This document shows positions 23,639-34,185 of a stretch of DNA of 64,000 nucleotides, piece by piece. The notes under the pieces were generated by a model. The model did no database searches, had not been told where the DNA came from, and was given only the letters and a program-made list of their open reading frames with translations. Position numbers and translations under genes: made by a program. Within the stretch, counting starts at the first letter, position 1. The number at the start of each line of letters is the position of its first letter. Origin of the DNA: Verrucomicrobiota bacterium (GTDB lineage Bacteria; Verrucomicrobiota; Verrucomicrobiia; Limisphaerales; MWDV01); contig DAONTI010000005.1 in assembly GCA_035411585.1 (NCBI GenBank), positions 20,976 through 84,975 on the forward strand, written 5' to 3'.

Positions 23639-26329
23639 TCACACAATTTCGGCAAATCCCTTTTCCGGGTCCACTTTCAGGTCGTGGATCGCTTTTTGCA
23701 CGAAGGCGGGCTTGATTTTACCCTGTTTCGCCAGCGCCCACAGGGTGGCGATCACGGTGCATTCGGCATCCACCTCAAAGAAACGCCGCAACGCGGGCCG
23801 GGTATCGCTGCGGCCAAAGCCGTCGGTGCCGAGGGTGGTCAATCCGCCGGGCACCCACGGCGCGATCTGGTCCGGCACAAGCTTCATGTTGTCCGAGACG
23901 GCGACAAAGACGCCTTTTTCCTTCGCCAGCGTGGTTTCGAGGTAGGCTTTGCGCGGGGACGCCGTGGGATGCAGCATGTTCCAGCGCGCGCACCGCAGCG
24001 CGTCGGTGCGGAGGGCCTTGTAACTTGTCGCGCTCCAAACATCCGCCGAAACGCCGTATTTTTCCGCGAGAATACCCTGCGCTTTGAGCGCGGATTGCAT
24101 GAGCGTGCCGCTGCCAAAAATGTGGGCCTTGAGCTTCTTGCCCGTGGGCCCGGCTTGGAATTTATACAGCCCCCGCAGGATGCCTTCCTCGACGCCCTTG
24201 GGCATGGCCGGCATGGGATAGTTTTCGTTGTAAAGGGTGAGGTAATAAAAAATATCCTCGCCCACGGCGAACATGCGCCGCATGCCGTCGGCCACAATGA
24301 CGGCGATTTCGTAGGCGAAAGCGGGGTCGTACGCGTAAAGCGTGGGCACGGTGCTGGCCAGTAACAGGCTGTGTCCGTCCTGGTGTTGCAAGCCCTCGCC
24401 ATTGAGGGTGGTGCGGCCATAGGTTGCGCCGAGCAGAAACCCGCGCGCCTTGATGTCGCCCGCCAACCACATGAGATCTCCCACGCGTTGGAAACCGAAC
24501 ATCGAGTAGTAGATGTAGAACGGAATCATGGGCAGTCCATGCGAGGCGTAAGCCGTGCCCGCCGCCACAAACGACGAGGTCGCCCCCGCCTCGGTGATGC
24601 CTTCCTCCAGGATCTGGCCGTCTTTCTTTTCGAGATAATAGAGCAACGATTTGCGGTCCACCGGCTCGTAGAGCTGACCTTTGGACGAGTAGATGCCCAC
24701 CTCGCGGAACAAGGCGTCCAACCCGAAGGTGCGCGCTTCATCGGGAATGATGGGCACGATCCGTTTGCCAATGGTCTTGTTGCGGAGCAACAGCGCGAGC
24801 AACCGCACAAAACCCATGGTGGTCGAGGCGGCCGCCTGGCCGGAGCCTTTGAAGAACTCGCTGAAGTAATCCCGGGGCGGAATGGCCAAGGATTCCGTGC
24901 TCACGACGCGCCGCGGCAGATAGCCGCCCAGCGCCTTACGCCGCGCCTGGAGATAAACCATTTCCGGACTGTCATTCGCCGGGCGGTAGAATGGCATTTC
25001 GGCGATGGCCTCGTCCGGAATCGGCACGCCAAAGCGGGCGCGGAACTCGCGCAGCTCTTTTTCGTTCAGCTTCTTTTGTTGATGCGTAATGTTGCGACCT
25101 TCGCCGGCCTCGCCGAGGCCGTAGCCCTTGACTGTTTTGGCTAGGATCACGGTGGGTTGTCCCTTGTGGGCGAAGGCGGCGGCGTAGGCGGCGTAAACCT
25201 TCAATGGATCATGCCCGCCGCGGGTGAGCTTGCGGATCTGCTCGTCGGTCAGGTGATTGACCAGTTGCAGCAGTTCCGGGTACTTCCCGAAGAAATGCTT
25301 GCGGGTATAACTGCCGGGTTCGACGGAGTACTTCTGGTAATCGCCATCCACGGCTTCTTCCATACGCTTGAGCAACAAGCCGGAAGTGTCCCGGGCCAGC
25401 AGGTCATCCCAATCGGTGCCCCAAATGACCTTGATGACATTCCAGCCCGCGCCGGAAAATACCGCTTCCAATTCTTGAATGATTTTGCCGTTGCCGCGCA
25501 CGGGTCCGTCGAGGCGTTGCAGGTTGCAGTTCACCACCCAGAGCAAATTGTCCAACCGCTCCCGCGCGGCGAGGGTCAAGGAGCCCAGGGTTTCCGGTTC
25601 ATCAGTTTCGCCGTCGCCAATGAAACTGACCACCTTGACCTCCGGGCCCTGGATCAATCCGCGGTCGCGCAGGTAGCGATTAAACCGCGCCTGGTAGATC
25701 GAGAGCAGCGGCCCCAGCCCCATGGAAACTGTGGGGAACTGCCAGAAATCCGGCATGAGATACGGATGCGGATAAGACGACAGCCCGCCACCCTCGGCCA
25801 GTTCCTGCCGGAAATTCCGCAGGAGTTGCTCGCTCAAACGGCCCTCCAAAAACGCGCGCGCATACATGCCCGGCGCCGCGTGGCCCTGAAAATAAATCAG
25901 GTCGCCCGGGTAATCGTCGGTGCGACCGCGCAGAAAATGGTTGAACGCAATCTCCAGCAAGGTGGCGCTGGAGGCGAAACTGGAAATGTGCCCGCCCACG
26001 TTGGTCTTGCTGTTGGCCTGCACCACCATCGCCATGGCGTTCCATCGCACGAGACTTTTAATGCGCCGCTCCAGCTCGCGGTCGCCCGGGAAAGGCGGTT
26101 GCTGGTCGGCGGGAATGGTGTTCAGGTAGGGCGTGCTGACGGGACGGAATCCGCTCTGGCCCGGGGCAATCAGCCGTCCGGTCAGGCTTTGCAAAAACCG
26201 GCCGGCGACCTCCGGCCCGCGGCTTTTGAGCGCGAACTCCAGCACGGAGTCCACCGATTCATACCAATGTTGCGCGCCGCCGGCGGTCGGCGACGCCGCC
26301 GACGATTGTGTTTTGTCTGATGCGTTCAC
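23639..26329 (-). CDS. aceE: pyruvate dehydrogenase E1 component (homodimeric type)
   Basis: 896 aa. The GDGETDEPE ThDP-binding motif and overall AceE-type length and blocks. Confidence 0.9.
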   Translation of the reverse strand: MNASDKTQSSAASPTAGGAQHWYESVDSVLEFALKSRGPEVAGRFLQSLTGRLIAPGQSGFRPVSTPYLNTIPADQQPPFPGDRELERRIKSLVRWNAMAMVVQANSKTNVGGHISSFASSATLLEIAFNHFLRGRTDDYPGDLIYFQGHAAPGMYARAFLEGRLSEQLLRNFRQELAEGGGLSSYPHPYLMPDFWQFPTVSMGLGPLLSIYQARFNRYLRDRGLIQGPEVKVVSFIGDGETDEPETLGSLTLAARERLDNLLWVVNCNLQRLDGPVRGNGKIIQELEAVFSGAGWNVIKVIWGTDWDDLLARDTSGLLLKRMEEAVDGDYQKYSVEPGSYTRKHFFGKYPELLQLVNHLTDEQIRKLTRGGHDPLKVYAAYAAAFAHKGQPTVILAKTVKGYGLGEAGEGRNITHQQKKLNEKELREFRARFGVPIPDEAIAEMPFYRPANDSPEMVYLQARRKALGGYLPRRVVSTESLAIPPRDYFSEFFKGSGQAAASTTMGFVRLLALLLRNKTIGKRIVPIIPDEARTFGLDALFREVGIYSSKGQLYEPVDRKSLLYYLEKKDGQILEEGITEAGATSSFVAAGTAYASHGLPMIPFYIYYSMFGFQRVGDLMWLAGDIKARGFLLGATYGRTTLNGEGLQHQDGHSLLLASTVPTLYAYDPAFAYEIAVIVADGMRRMFAVGEDIFYYLTLYNENYPMPAMPKGVEEGILRGLYKFQAGPTGKKLKAHIFGSGTLMQSALKAQGILAEKYGVSADVWSATSYKALRTDALRCARWNMLHPTASPRKAYLETTLAKEKGVFVAVSDNMKLVPDQIAPWVPGGLTTLGTDGFGRSDTRPALRRFFEVDAECTVIATLWALAKQGKIKPAFVQKAIHDLKVDPEKGFAEIV

Positions 26330-26652
26330 GTTGCTCGTTCAGTTGGATTTCGATTCCGCGTCCAGCCCCCGCTGACGGCAGAATCCCGTGACATGAAACC
26401 GGAAGTAACCCGGTTTGTCAGGCGTAAAGGTAGCCGACGTCGGGCGTCCTGCAAAGGGTTTGCGCGAAGGGCGGGGGAATGCCGCCAGCGAATACGGTGG
26501 GCGCAACGGATGCGTGGTCGCGGTTTAAGTTGGACAAGCACCGGGATTTTTGCGATGTAGGCGGGGGCATTCGAATGGGGCATGGCCAAGGCCTGGTTGA
26601 TTTCGCCGGCAGGTTGTGTCATCCCCGGTCAACCACCCACACCGATAAGTTT

Positions 26653-27702
26653 ATGCGACCTGAACAATGGCAACTCTTCAAAGCCGCCGCCAAACGTGAG
26701 AACCCACGGGGACCGATCCCGGTTTCGTTGATCGTGGATTGCCCGTGGATTCCGCCGTATTGCGGCGTGGGACAATGGGATTACTTCTTCGACGTCGAGA
26801 CTTGGTTCCGCTGCAACGTCCAGGTGCAACGCGATTTCCCGGACGTGATTTGGTTCCCGTCGTGGTGGTCGGAAGTGGGCATGGGCGCCGAACCCTCGGC
26901 GCTGGGGCCGCGCCTGCGCTTCAATCGCAGCCGCGTTCCCGACGTCGAACCGCTGCCGTTCCCGATGGAGCGGCTCGCAGAACTCACGCTGCCCGATCCG
27001 CGGACGGACGGATTTATGGCGCTGTGCCTGTACCGCTACGAGAAACTCAAGCAACGCATTGCTGACGAAGGCTTCATTGTGCCGGTTGTCGCCGCGCGCG
27101 GACCGCTGACTATTGCGTCGTTTTTCCGGGGAGTCACGGGATTGATGGAGGACATCGTGGATCATCCGGAGCGCACGATGCAATTGCTGTCGTTGGCGGC
27201 GGATCTCGGCATCGGCTGGCTCCGGGCGCAGGCGGAGGTCCTAGGCGACAGCGTGGAAGGCATTCTGGTGCTGGATGACCTCGCGGGGTTCATTGGCCGG
27301 AAGCATTACCAGCAGTTTGCCCATCCCTTCCTGAAGCGTTATTGCGACGCTTTCCCGGCGCACTGGGTGAAGGTGTTTCATAACGACGCCAACGTGACGG
27401 CCTGTATTGATCTGATTCCGGACGCGGGTTTCGACGTGCTGAACTGGGGATTGGACCTGACCATGAAACAGGCGTGCGAAAGACTCGGCGGCCGCATGAC
27501 GCTCATGGGCAACGTCCCGCCTCTGGCTTTGGGCGTACGCGGGACACCCGAGGAAAACTACGCGGCGGCCCGCCAAGCGTTGGCCGATGCGGCTGGGCAT
27601 CCGTTGATTCTCTCGCTGGGCGGGGCCACCACCACCGGCGTCACCCCGGAGAACGTGCGCGCCCTGGCGCGGGCGGCGCGGGATTTCAACGCGCAACGGT
27701 GA
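26653..27702 (+). CDS. uroporphyrinogen decarboxylase (URO-D)-family protein, MtaA/CmuA-like
   Basis: About 350 aa with a URO-D-like C-terminal block (MTLMGNVPPL..ILSLGG). The ATG at 26653 is preferred over the track start at 26479. Confidence 0.65.
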   Translation: MRPEQWQLFKAAAKRENPRGPIPVSLIVDCPWIPPYCGVGQWDYFFDVETWFRCNVQVQRDFPDVIWFPSWWSEVGMGAEPSALGPRLRFNRSRVPDVEPLPFPMERLAELTLPDPRTDGFMALCLYRYEKLKQRIADEGFIVPVVAARGPLTIASFFRGVTGLMEDIVDHPERTMQLLSLAADLGIGWLRAQAEVLGDSVEGILVLDDLAGFIGRKHYQQFAHPFLKRYCDAFPAHWVKVFHNDANVTACIDLIPDAGFDVLNWGLDLTMKQACERLGGRMTLMGNVPPLALGVRGTPEENYAAARQALADAAGHPLILSLGGATTTGVTPENVRALARAARDFNAQR

Positions 27703-28041
27703 GGCCGGGACCGGTGTTGGTGCTGGGCGCTGGAATCGGACTGGCGTTGCGTTAGCTCCGCATCGTGCGTAGACCGGTCAGTCAGGTCGGACTAAACGGC
27801 CTGTTGTCACCAGTCAAAGAGCGCCAAAAACCGCCAGTTTATGCGGGGTCTGACATCTTTGGCGCCTGGACGATATGCCCGGTCCCGCAGAGACTTATCC
27901 GGGATGGGCTACCCCCTGATCCGCAACAAATCACTCGACTTTGAATTTTGGCCGGGGTCATGCTGGGCGGGTGTCGGCGGTTCGTCTGGCGGATGAACCC
28001 AACGATTCCGGCAATCGAAAGCAAACAAGCAGATCAGATTC

Positions 28042-29454
28042 ATGAGCACGCCCAAAAGCGTAATTGAGCTGGCCAAAAAGGCCGGCGCGAAGATGGTGGA
28101 CGTTAAATTCGTGGACCCCATCGGCACTTGGCAGCATTTTAGTTGTCCCATCCACGAATTAACCGAGGAAGTGTTCGCCGAAGGCTTCGGGTTTGACGGC
28201 TCGAGCATCCGCGGATGGAAAAGTGTCGAAGCCGGCGACATGCTGGCCATGCCCGATCCGGCCACCGCGTTTATTGATCCCTTTTGCGCCGTGCCCACGC
28301 TGTCGCTGACCTGCACCATCCACGAAACCGGTACCAAGGAAGCCTACACGCGGGATCCGCGCGGCATCGCGCAACGCGCCGAGCGGTATCTCACCTCCAC
28401 CGGCGTGGCGGAAACGGTCTTGTTCGGTCCCGAAGCCGAGTTTTTTATCTTCGACAACGTGCAATACGACACCCGGAGCAACGAGTCGTTTTACCGGGTG
28501 GAATCCGAGGAAGGCGTGTGGAACACCGGGCGCGATGAAATGCCCAACCTCGGGTACAAAATCCGGCATAAAGAAGGCTATTTCCCGGCGCCGCCGATGG
28601 ATGCGCAGCAGGATCTCCGCACGGAAATGTGCCTGGTGATGATGGACTTGGGGATTCCGGTTGAGCGACAGCATCATGAAGTGGCCACGGCGGGGCAGGC
28701 GGAGATTGATTTTCGTTTCGACACGCTTGTCAAAGCCGCCGACGCCATGATGGTTTACAAGTATGTGGTCAAGAACGTCGCCCGGCGGCATGGTAAGACG
28801 GCGTGTTTCATGCCCAAGCCGTTGTTTGGCGACAATGGCAACGGCATGCACACGCACATGAGTTTATGGCGCAAAGGCAAGCCGCTGTTCGCGGGCGGCG
28901 AGTACGCCGGTCTGAGCAAGATGGCGTTGTATTACATCGGCGGCCTGCTCAAACACGCCCGCGCCCTGTGCGCGCTGTGCAATCCCACCACCAACAGTTA
29001 CAAACGGTTGGTCCCCGGTTACGAGGCGCCAGTGAATCTGGCTTACAGCCGGTGCAATCGCAGCGCCGCCATTCGCATTCCTTCCTACAGCAACAACCCC
29101 CACGCCAAGCGGTTGGAGTATCGCCCTCCGGATCCGGCGGCGAATCCGTACCTCGCCTTCGCCGCGCTGTTGCTGGCCGGATTGGATGGTATCATCAACA
29201 AAATTGACCCGGGCGAACCACTGGATAAAAACATTTACGAACTCCCGCCGGAAGAACTGAAACACGTGCCCAACGTGGCGGGCAGTCTTGGCGAAGCGCT
29301 CGATTGTTTGGAAGCCGACCATGAGTTTCTGCTCAAAGGCGACGTGTTTTCCACCAGCTTCCTGGACATGTGGATTGCCAGCAAACGCAAGGAACACGAC
29401 GCGCTGCGTTTGCGACCGCATCCCTACGAGTTTTTCCTTTATTACGACGTCTGA
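28042..29454 (+). CDS. glnA: glutamine synthetase type I
   Basis: [58 protein letters not shown], and the adenylylation-loop region [10 protein letters not shown]. Confidence 0.95.
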   Translation: MSTPKSVIELAKKAGAKMVDVKFVDPIGTWQHFSCPIHELTEEVFAEGFGFDGSSIRGWKSVEAGDMLAMPDPATAFIDPFCAVPTLSLTCTIHETGTKEAYTRDPRGIAQRAERYLTSTGVAETVLFGPEAEFFIFDNVQYDTRSNESFYRVESEEGVWNTGRDEMPNLGYKIRHKEGYFPAPPMDAQQDLRTEMCLVMMDLGIPVERQHHEVATAGQAEIDFRFDTLVKAADAMMVYKYVVKNVARRHGKTACFMPKPLFGDNGNGMHTHMSLWRKGKPLFAGGEYAGLSKMALYYIGGLLKHARALCALCNPTTNSYKRLVPGYEAPVNLAYSRCNRSAAIRIPSYSNNPHAKRLEYRPPDPAANPYLAFAALLLAGLDGIINKIDPGEPLDKNIYELPPEELKHVPNVAGSLGEALDCLEADHEFLLKGDVFSTSFLDMWIASKRKEHDALRLRPHPYEFFLYYDV

Positions 29455-29460
29455 GCTGTT

Positions 29461-29476
29461 CCCGGGTGGGCCCGGG
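29461..29476 (+). terminator. short GC hairpin CCCGGGTGGGCCCGGG after the glnA stop
   Basis: 6-bp stem and 4-nt loop, 7 nt after the stop, followed by ATGTTTGCC, which is only a weak U-tract. Confidence 0.35.
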
Positions 29477-29650
29477 ATGTTTGCCTAAAAAAAGTTCCTT
29501 CCGCTTTGGCTGCGAGCAGGGACTAAATGTGATTTCGTTGGGTGTCGTTTTTTTGGTGGCTACACGTGCGAAATTCGCTGCCGTAAGTCGGTTTCCTCTG
29601 TCGGAGTATTTCCCGACACCGTCGCCCTTGTGCTTTCTCCTGCATGATAG

Positions 29651-29749
29651 AAAGCGGCAGAGGACTGCTGCACTCCACGACGCTTCGCGCTCGCAAACGC
29701 CTCCGGTCTGCGCGCCAGCTTTTGGACTGCGCCAGTCCTCTGGCGCTTT
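29651..29749. repeat. long imperfect inverted repeat (26-nt arms, 47-nt spacer)
   Basis: Arms 29651..29676 (AAAGCGGCAGAGGACTGCTGCACTCC) and 29724..29749 (GGACTGCGCCAGTCCTCTGGCGCTTT). Hand pairing gives 22 WC pairs, 1 GU and 3 mismatches. Confidence 0.7.
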
Positions 29750-29851
29750 TGGAAACTGCGATCACCACGGTTTTCTTCCTGCCCAACCTCAAGACACCGA
29801 AGTCATTCTGGTGAAGCTGAATCGTGGTCAAGCAGCGTTAAAGATTTCGCA

Positions 29852-31330
29852 CTACTCCCGATCCGTCACGATGATCTGTCCCATTTTGTAGCGGCGTTGG
29901 CCGTCATCGCTGGACAAGGGTAGGGCGATGGTCGGTGTTCCGTCGCGCTGACCAACGGAAACGAACACGTCGTAAGTGCCCGGTTTGGTTGCGGGAGCAA
30001 ATTTACCGAACGGATCCACGTATTCGTGTGCAATGACAAATCGGGCTGCGCTTTCGGCGACGGGAATCTTGTCTGGTGGTCCGGGCGGCAGTTGTTTCAT
30101 GTCAAAATCCTCCGCCACGTTGACGGAAACAATGCCGCCTTTTTCGTCCTTCAAAGTGAGCGCCCAAAAACCGCCGCCATAGCAAGGCGCGACACCGGCG
30201 TTCGCCCATTTGGTGGTGACGGTGAAAGGCGCGCCGAGCGCCACCTCCGCCGGCCAGGAGATTTCGTGCAGTTGCAGGCGGTAGCCCAGCCGGCGATTGA
30301 TGCGCTGAATCAGTTCGCGATTTTCATTCAATTCCTCGCGCGGCCACCAATGGATGGAAAGATAACTGGCGTGGTAATCCTCCACCGCCTTCAACAAGAG
30401 CGAACCGTCGCCCCAGGCGTTGCGCAGTTTTGAGCTGCCGAAATGTTCGTGCTCGAGAATGACGGGCAGCGTGGGCCAGAACGCTTCCGCCATCTCGGCG
30501 TGATACCACGAGCGTGGCGGCGGCTGCACCATGATGCTGTCATCGCGCATGGTAACGCCACGAGCGCGGGCGTAGTCCATGATTGGAAAATCGCGACCCG
30601 GTTTGTCGTGACCGGCGGCATCGTCGCTGAGGCAGAGCTGGGTGTGTTTGAAATATTTTACGTGCAGATCAATGTGACGTTTCACGGCGGCCAGGGTTTG
30701 TTCGTCGGACAACTGACTGCTCATCAACGTGTGCGCCTCGCCCCACAGACCGAACGTGCCGATGTCAATGAAGGCGACGTTGGGATTGCCGTCGTAACGC
30801 CGCGCCATGACCGCCAGGAAATTCTCCAGCTTCTGCAAATAGATCGGATCCAGGAAGTCCGGATCCCATTGCGCTCCGTCCGCTTTAGGTCCTTGTCCGA
30901 ATTGGTAAGTGACTCCCTTGGCACCGGCGGCTTTCACCCATTCCGGCGTGGCATACCGCATCCAGTTTTCGGAAGTGGTGATCCGCAGTGCGATGCGTTT
31001 GCCTTTGGCGATCCAGCGTTGCGCCGGTGTGTCAAGCAATGACCAGTTGAATTCGCCCTCCTTCGGTTCGAGAAATCCCCACGGCACGCGCAGATAAACC
31101 ACGGACAAGCCCGGCCAATCGTCGAGCGTGTCGCTCGGTTCGAGCTTTGACCCGTAATTTTCCAGCAGGTTGGAAAAGAAATGGAAGGTCCAGCCCATGC
31201 CCGGATTGACGAGCGCAACGCCAGTGTCTTCGGGCCGCACGACGTGATTCGTCGGTGCAGCGCCAGTGCGAAGAACAGTGGCAGCTGCGACAAGGAGGCA
31301 GAAAATTCGGACGATGCGGTTAACGGTCAC
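29852..31330 (-). CDS. secreted putative glycoside hydrolase (DUF4832/DUF4874-like TIM-barrel)
   Basis: Signal peptide. GMGW..YLRVPWGFLEPKEGEFNW..FIDIGTFGLWGEAHT and C-terminal WANAGVAPCY resemble DUF4874/DUF4832 proteins (recalled). Confidence 0.6.
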   Translation of the reverse strand: MTVNRIVRIFCLLVAAATVLRTGAAPTNHVVRPEDTGVALVNPGMGWTFHFFSNLLENYGSKLEPSDTLDDWPGLSVVYLRVPWGFLEPKEGEFNWSLLDTPAQRWIAKGKRIALRITTSENWMRYATPEWVKAAGAKGVTYQFGQGPKADGAQWDPDFLDPIYLQKLENFLAVMARRYDGNPNVAFIDIGTFGLWGEAHTLMSSQLSDEQTLAAVKRHIDLHVKYFKHTQLCLSDDAAGHDKPGRDFPIMDYARARGVTMRDDSIMVQPPPRSWYHAEMAEAFWPTLPVILEHEHFGSSKLRNAWGDGSLLLKAVEDYHASYLSIHWWPREELNENRELIQRINRRLGYRLQLHEISWPAEVALGAPFTVTTKWANAGVAPCYGGGFWALTLKDEKGGIVSVNVAEDFDMKQLPPGPPDKIPVAESAARFVIAHEYVDPFGKFAPATKPGTYDVFVSVGQRDGTPTIALPLSSDDGQRRYKMGQIIVTDRE

Positions 31331-31474
31331 GGCTTAATGTCTATGCGAAACTGGCGAGGCTGACAATCCAAGGCGTGCGATCTGCCGGTGACGCTTTTCG
31401 TATTTCGGTCGGGCTCGGGTTGCCTGATTTGACGTAACGACGTGGTTGCAGTAATCACTGTGCTTGGACGATTT

Positions 31475-32488
31475 ATGAAAACTTGGCGCATGCAATCTCC
31501 GGGCGGGTTGGACCGCCTGGTTTTGGAAGAAACAGCGGATCCGGGAGCTCCCGGCAAGGGGGCCATCCGCGTCGCCATCAAGGCGAATTCCCTCAACTAT
31601 CACGACCTGCTGGTGGCGCTCGGCACCATTCCGACGGAGAACGGCCGCATCCTGCTTTCCGACGGGGCCGGCGTGGTGGAGGCCGTGGGCGAAGGCGTGG
31701 AAGAATTCAAAGTTGGTGATGCGGTGGTTTCGACGTTTTTTCCCATCTGGCTGGCGGGGGCGCCCATCCCGGCAGCCGGTGGGTTCCAACACACTCCGGG
31801 TGACGGAGTGGACGGCATGGCGGCAAAATATGTGGTGCGCCCCACGACGGCGTTCACGCACGCACCCCGCGGCTGGACGCATCCGCAGGCGGCGACGATT
31901 CCCACTTCCGCGTTGACAGCGTGGCGGGCCCTGGTGGTGGATGGAGGATTGAAAGCCGGCGAAACCGTGCTCGTTCAGGGAACGGGCGGGGTTTCGATTG
32001 CCGCCCTGCAAATCGCCAAGGGAATGGGCGCCAAGGTGATTGCCACCTCTTCTTCCGACGAAAAACTGGAGCGCGCCCGGAAGCTGGGGGCCGACTTTAC
32101 CATCAACTACCGGCAGGAGCGGGATTGGGGAAAGAAAGCGTTCGCCTTGACCGGCGGACTGGGCGTGGATCACGTCATCGAGGTCGGCGGGCCGGCCACC
32201 TTGGAGCAATCACTCCGGGCCTTGAAGGTGGGCGGGCATGTCGCCCTGATCGGGGTATTGTCGGGCACGGCCGGAGAGCTGCCCATCATGCTGGCGCTGC
32301 TCAAGCAGGCCAGGATCGGGGCTTTGATCGTGGGGAGCCGTCGGGATCAGCAGGATTTTGTTCGCGCCTTGGAAGTGATGGCTGCCGCGCCGGTGGTGGA
32401 CCAGATTTATCCGGCGGCTGAACTGGTCGAGGCCTTCCGCCATCTGCAAAGCGGGCGGCATTTTGGGAAAATCTGCATCGAATGGTAG
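31475..32488 (+). CDS. zinc-type alcohol dehydrogenase / quinone oxidoreductase family (MDR)
   Basis: IRVAIKANSLNYHD, VLVQGTGGVSIAALQIAK (Rossmann), C-terminal HFGKICI. Confidence 0.85.
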   Translation: MKTWRMQSPGGLDRLVLEETADPGAPGKGAIRVAIKANSLNYHDLLVALGTIPTENGRILLSDGAGVVEAVGEGVEEFKVGDAVVSTFFPIWLAGAPIPAAGGFQHTPGDGVDGMAAKYVVRPTTAFTHAPRGWTHPQAATIPTSALTAWRALVVDGGLKAGETVLVQGTGGVSIAALQIAKGMGAKVIATSSSDEKLERARKLGADFTINYRQERDWGKKAFALTGGLGVDHVIEVGGPATLEQSLRALKVGGHVALIGVLSGTAGELPIMLALLKQARIGALIVGSRRDQQDFVRALEVMAAAPVVDQIYPAAELVEAFRHLQSGRHFGKICIEW

Positions 32489-32567
32489 GTTCGTTGCCGG
32501 TGTGAATCCCGAACGCTTCGACAAACGGGTGCCCAGTCTTTGAGCCCAGACGTGGGTTGCGCGCGAG

Positions 32568-32846
32568 TCAGTTCCTTTCGTCCGGTTCGGGCCGATGCCG
32601 TTTCAGGCCGACTTCGTGGGCGATGTCATCCAATTCCTCGCGGCTCACGTTATCCAGGGTTTTGCCTTTGGAACTGAGCTTTTCGTTGATCTTGACGACC
32701 TTCTCAGTCATGGCCTCGTGCGTTTCCTGCGTGCCGCCTGCCAGCACGAAATTCGGGCCCGCCGTGAGCCGACGATGTCCATCGGTATCCAATCCCACGC
32801 CCAGCAGCAGGGCCTTGCCCTTTCGCGGTTTCTTTGCCTTCGCCAT
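32568..32846 (-). CDS. hypothetical small basic protein (92 aa)
   Basis: MAKAKKPRKGKALLLGVGLDTDGHRRLT.. has coding-like composition. No family recognised. Confidence 0.45.
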   Translation of the reverse strand: MAKAKKPRKGKALLLGVGLDTDGHRRLTAGPNFVLAGGTQETHEAMTEKVVKINEKLSSKGKTLDNVSREELDDIAHEVGLKRHRPEPDERN

Positions 32847-32985
32847 ACCTCACGATTGCGGTTCGCGCGCCTTTCTGCAACCGACAAATTTCAAAATCCG
32901 TCCGGGGTTGCGGTGGGTGAACCGGTTTGCCGGCCCGATTTAAGCGTTGCCCCCTCCGCAATTGTCCTCGAATAATCCTCGCCCC

Positions 32986-34185
32986 ATGCAGTTGATCCAG
33001 ACGACACGGTGCCAAAGTGGATGGCGGGGAATGGCTTTGTTCCTTCTCGTCGTTGGCGGGATTGTGGCCAGTCACGGCGAACCGGCTGCCCGCCCAAGCT
33101 GGCAATGGTCTGAAATATCCGCAGCTGCGGGCGGCGGCAAAGGCGCGGCGCAACTGGCCTCCGGCGACATTCTGACCACGCGCATGCGGCGCACGGCGCA
33201 AGGTGTGCAGGTGGTTTGCGCGCGCAGTGTGGATGGGGGCCGGCACTGGCAGGATGAGGCTGTGATTGCCAGTGAAACCGGCGTGGACGCGGATTTGGGC
33301 GATGGGCATTTGCTCGCGTTACCCAACGGCGAGGTACTTTACAGTTACCGACACAACCGGCTGCAAACCAATGCCGCCGGGCGGCGCACTTACTCGATCC
33401 GCGTGGCGGTGAGCCGCGATGCGGGCCAAACCTGGCAGCCGCACAGCGTGGTTGCCCAATCCACCCATGATCCGGTCCGCGAACCGGAGGCCCTTCGCGG
33501 ATTGTGGTCGAGTTTTCTGCTGCGTTTGCGCGACGGTACCTTGCATTGTTACTACGACGACGAAGACACGCCGCATCGGCGCGGCTTTTTCCGTCATCAA
33601 TGGCTGACGCGGAAAACGTGGGATGCCGCCGCGCATCGCTGGCGGCGCCCGGTCACCGTATCCCGGGCGCTTAATGCGCGCCACCTTTCCCGCGACGGCA
33701 TGCCCAGTGTGGTGGAACTGCCGTCGGGCCGGTTGCTGTGCGTTATGGAAAGCGTGCAGACCGCACCGCCGCACGCCAATTGCCTGCGCGCCGTCACGAG
33801 TGACAATGGCGGTCGCACCTGGAGCTGGCGCCGCACCGAGCGCGCGATTGTCTATGCTCCCCAGCGGGAGAATTCCCTGGCGGTTTCGCCGTGGCTCGCG
33901 CGGTTGCCAGATGGCCGGTTGTTATGCGTGTTTACGACGGATGAAGAGCGGGACACGCCGAGCCGGCCCGGCACGCCGCCCAGGGCCTTCCGCATGGATG
34001 TGAAATGCCTGTTCAGCGACGACAACGGACAAACCTGGCCCGGCCCCCCACAAACGATCTTTGCGGAGGCACATCGCAATTACGCCCCAGGCGCGTTGGT
34101 GTTGCGCGACGGCAGTGTTTTGGTGACGTGTATGAGTTTTGACCGCGCCGGCCACCGGGCGTTCCGGGGCGTCAGCGCACCTTGA
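32986..34185 (+). CDS. BNR/Asp-box repeat exo-alpha-sialidase-like glycosidase
   Basis: Four Asp-boxes: SVDGGRHW, SRDAGQTW, SDNGGRTW, SDDNGQTW. There is an N-terminal hydrophobic anchor. Confidence 0.75.
   Translation: MQLIQTTRCQSGWRGMALFLLVVGGIVASHGEPAARPSWQWSEISAAAGGGKGAAQLASGDILTTRMRRTAQGVQVVCARSVDGGRHWQDEAVIASETGVDADLGDGHLLALPNGEVLYSYRHNRLQTNAAGRRTYSIRVAVSRDAGQTWQPHSVVAQSTHDPVREPEALRGLWSSFLLRLRDGTLHCYYDDEDTPHRRGFFRHQWLTRKTWDAAAHRWRRPVTVSRALNARHLSRDGMPSVVELPSGRLLCVMESVQTAPPHANCLRAVTSDNGGRTWSWRRTERAIVYAPQRENSLAVSPWLARLPDGRLLCVFTTDEERDTPSRPGTPPRAFRMDVKCLFSDDNGQTWPGPPQTIFAEAHRNYAPGALVLRDGSVLVTCMSFDRAGHRAFRGVSAP

Noticed and set aside
27855-27880. Sigma-54 promoter upstream of glnA (TGGCGCCTGGACGATATGC)
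   Set aside because: A GG is present, but the GC of the -12 element is not at the required spacing (TGGCAC-N5-TTGC).
27950-28041. Possible glutamine riboswitch (glnA RNA motif) in the glnA leader: GGUUCGUCUGGCGGAUGAACC followed by CGAUUCCGGCAAUCG
   Set aside because: Only a vague resemblance (GGCGGA, GAAC) to the motif as I remember it. The hairpin is about 21 nt against roughly 60 nt for the riboswitch, and the E-loop and pseudoknot elements are not visible. An Rfam scan would settle it.
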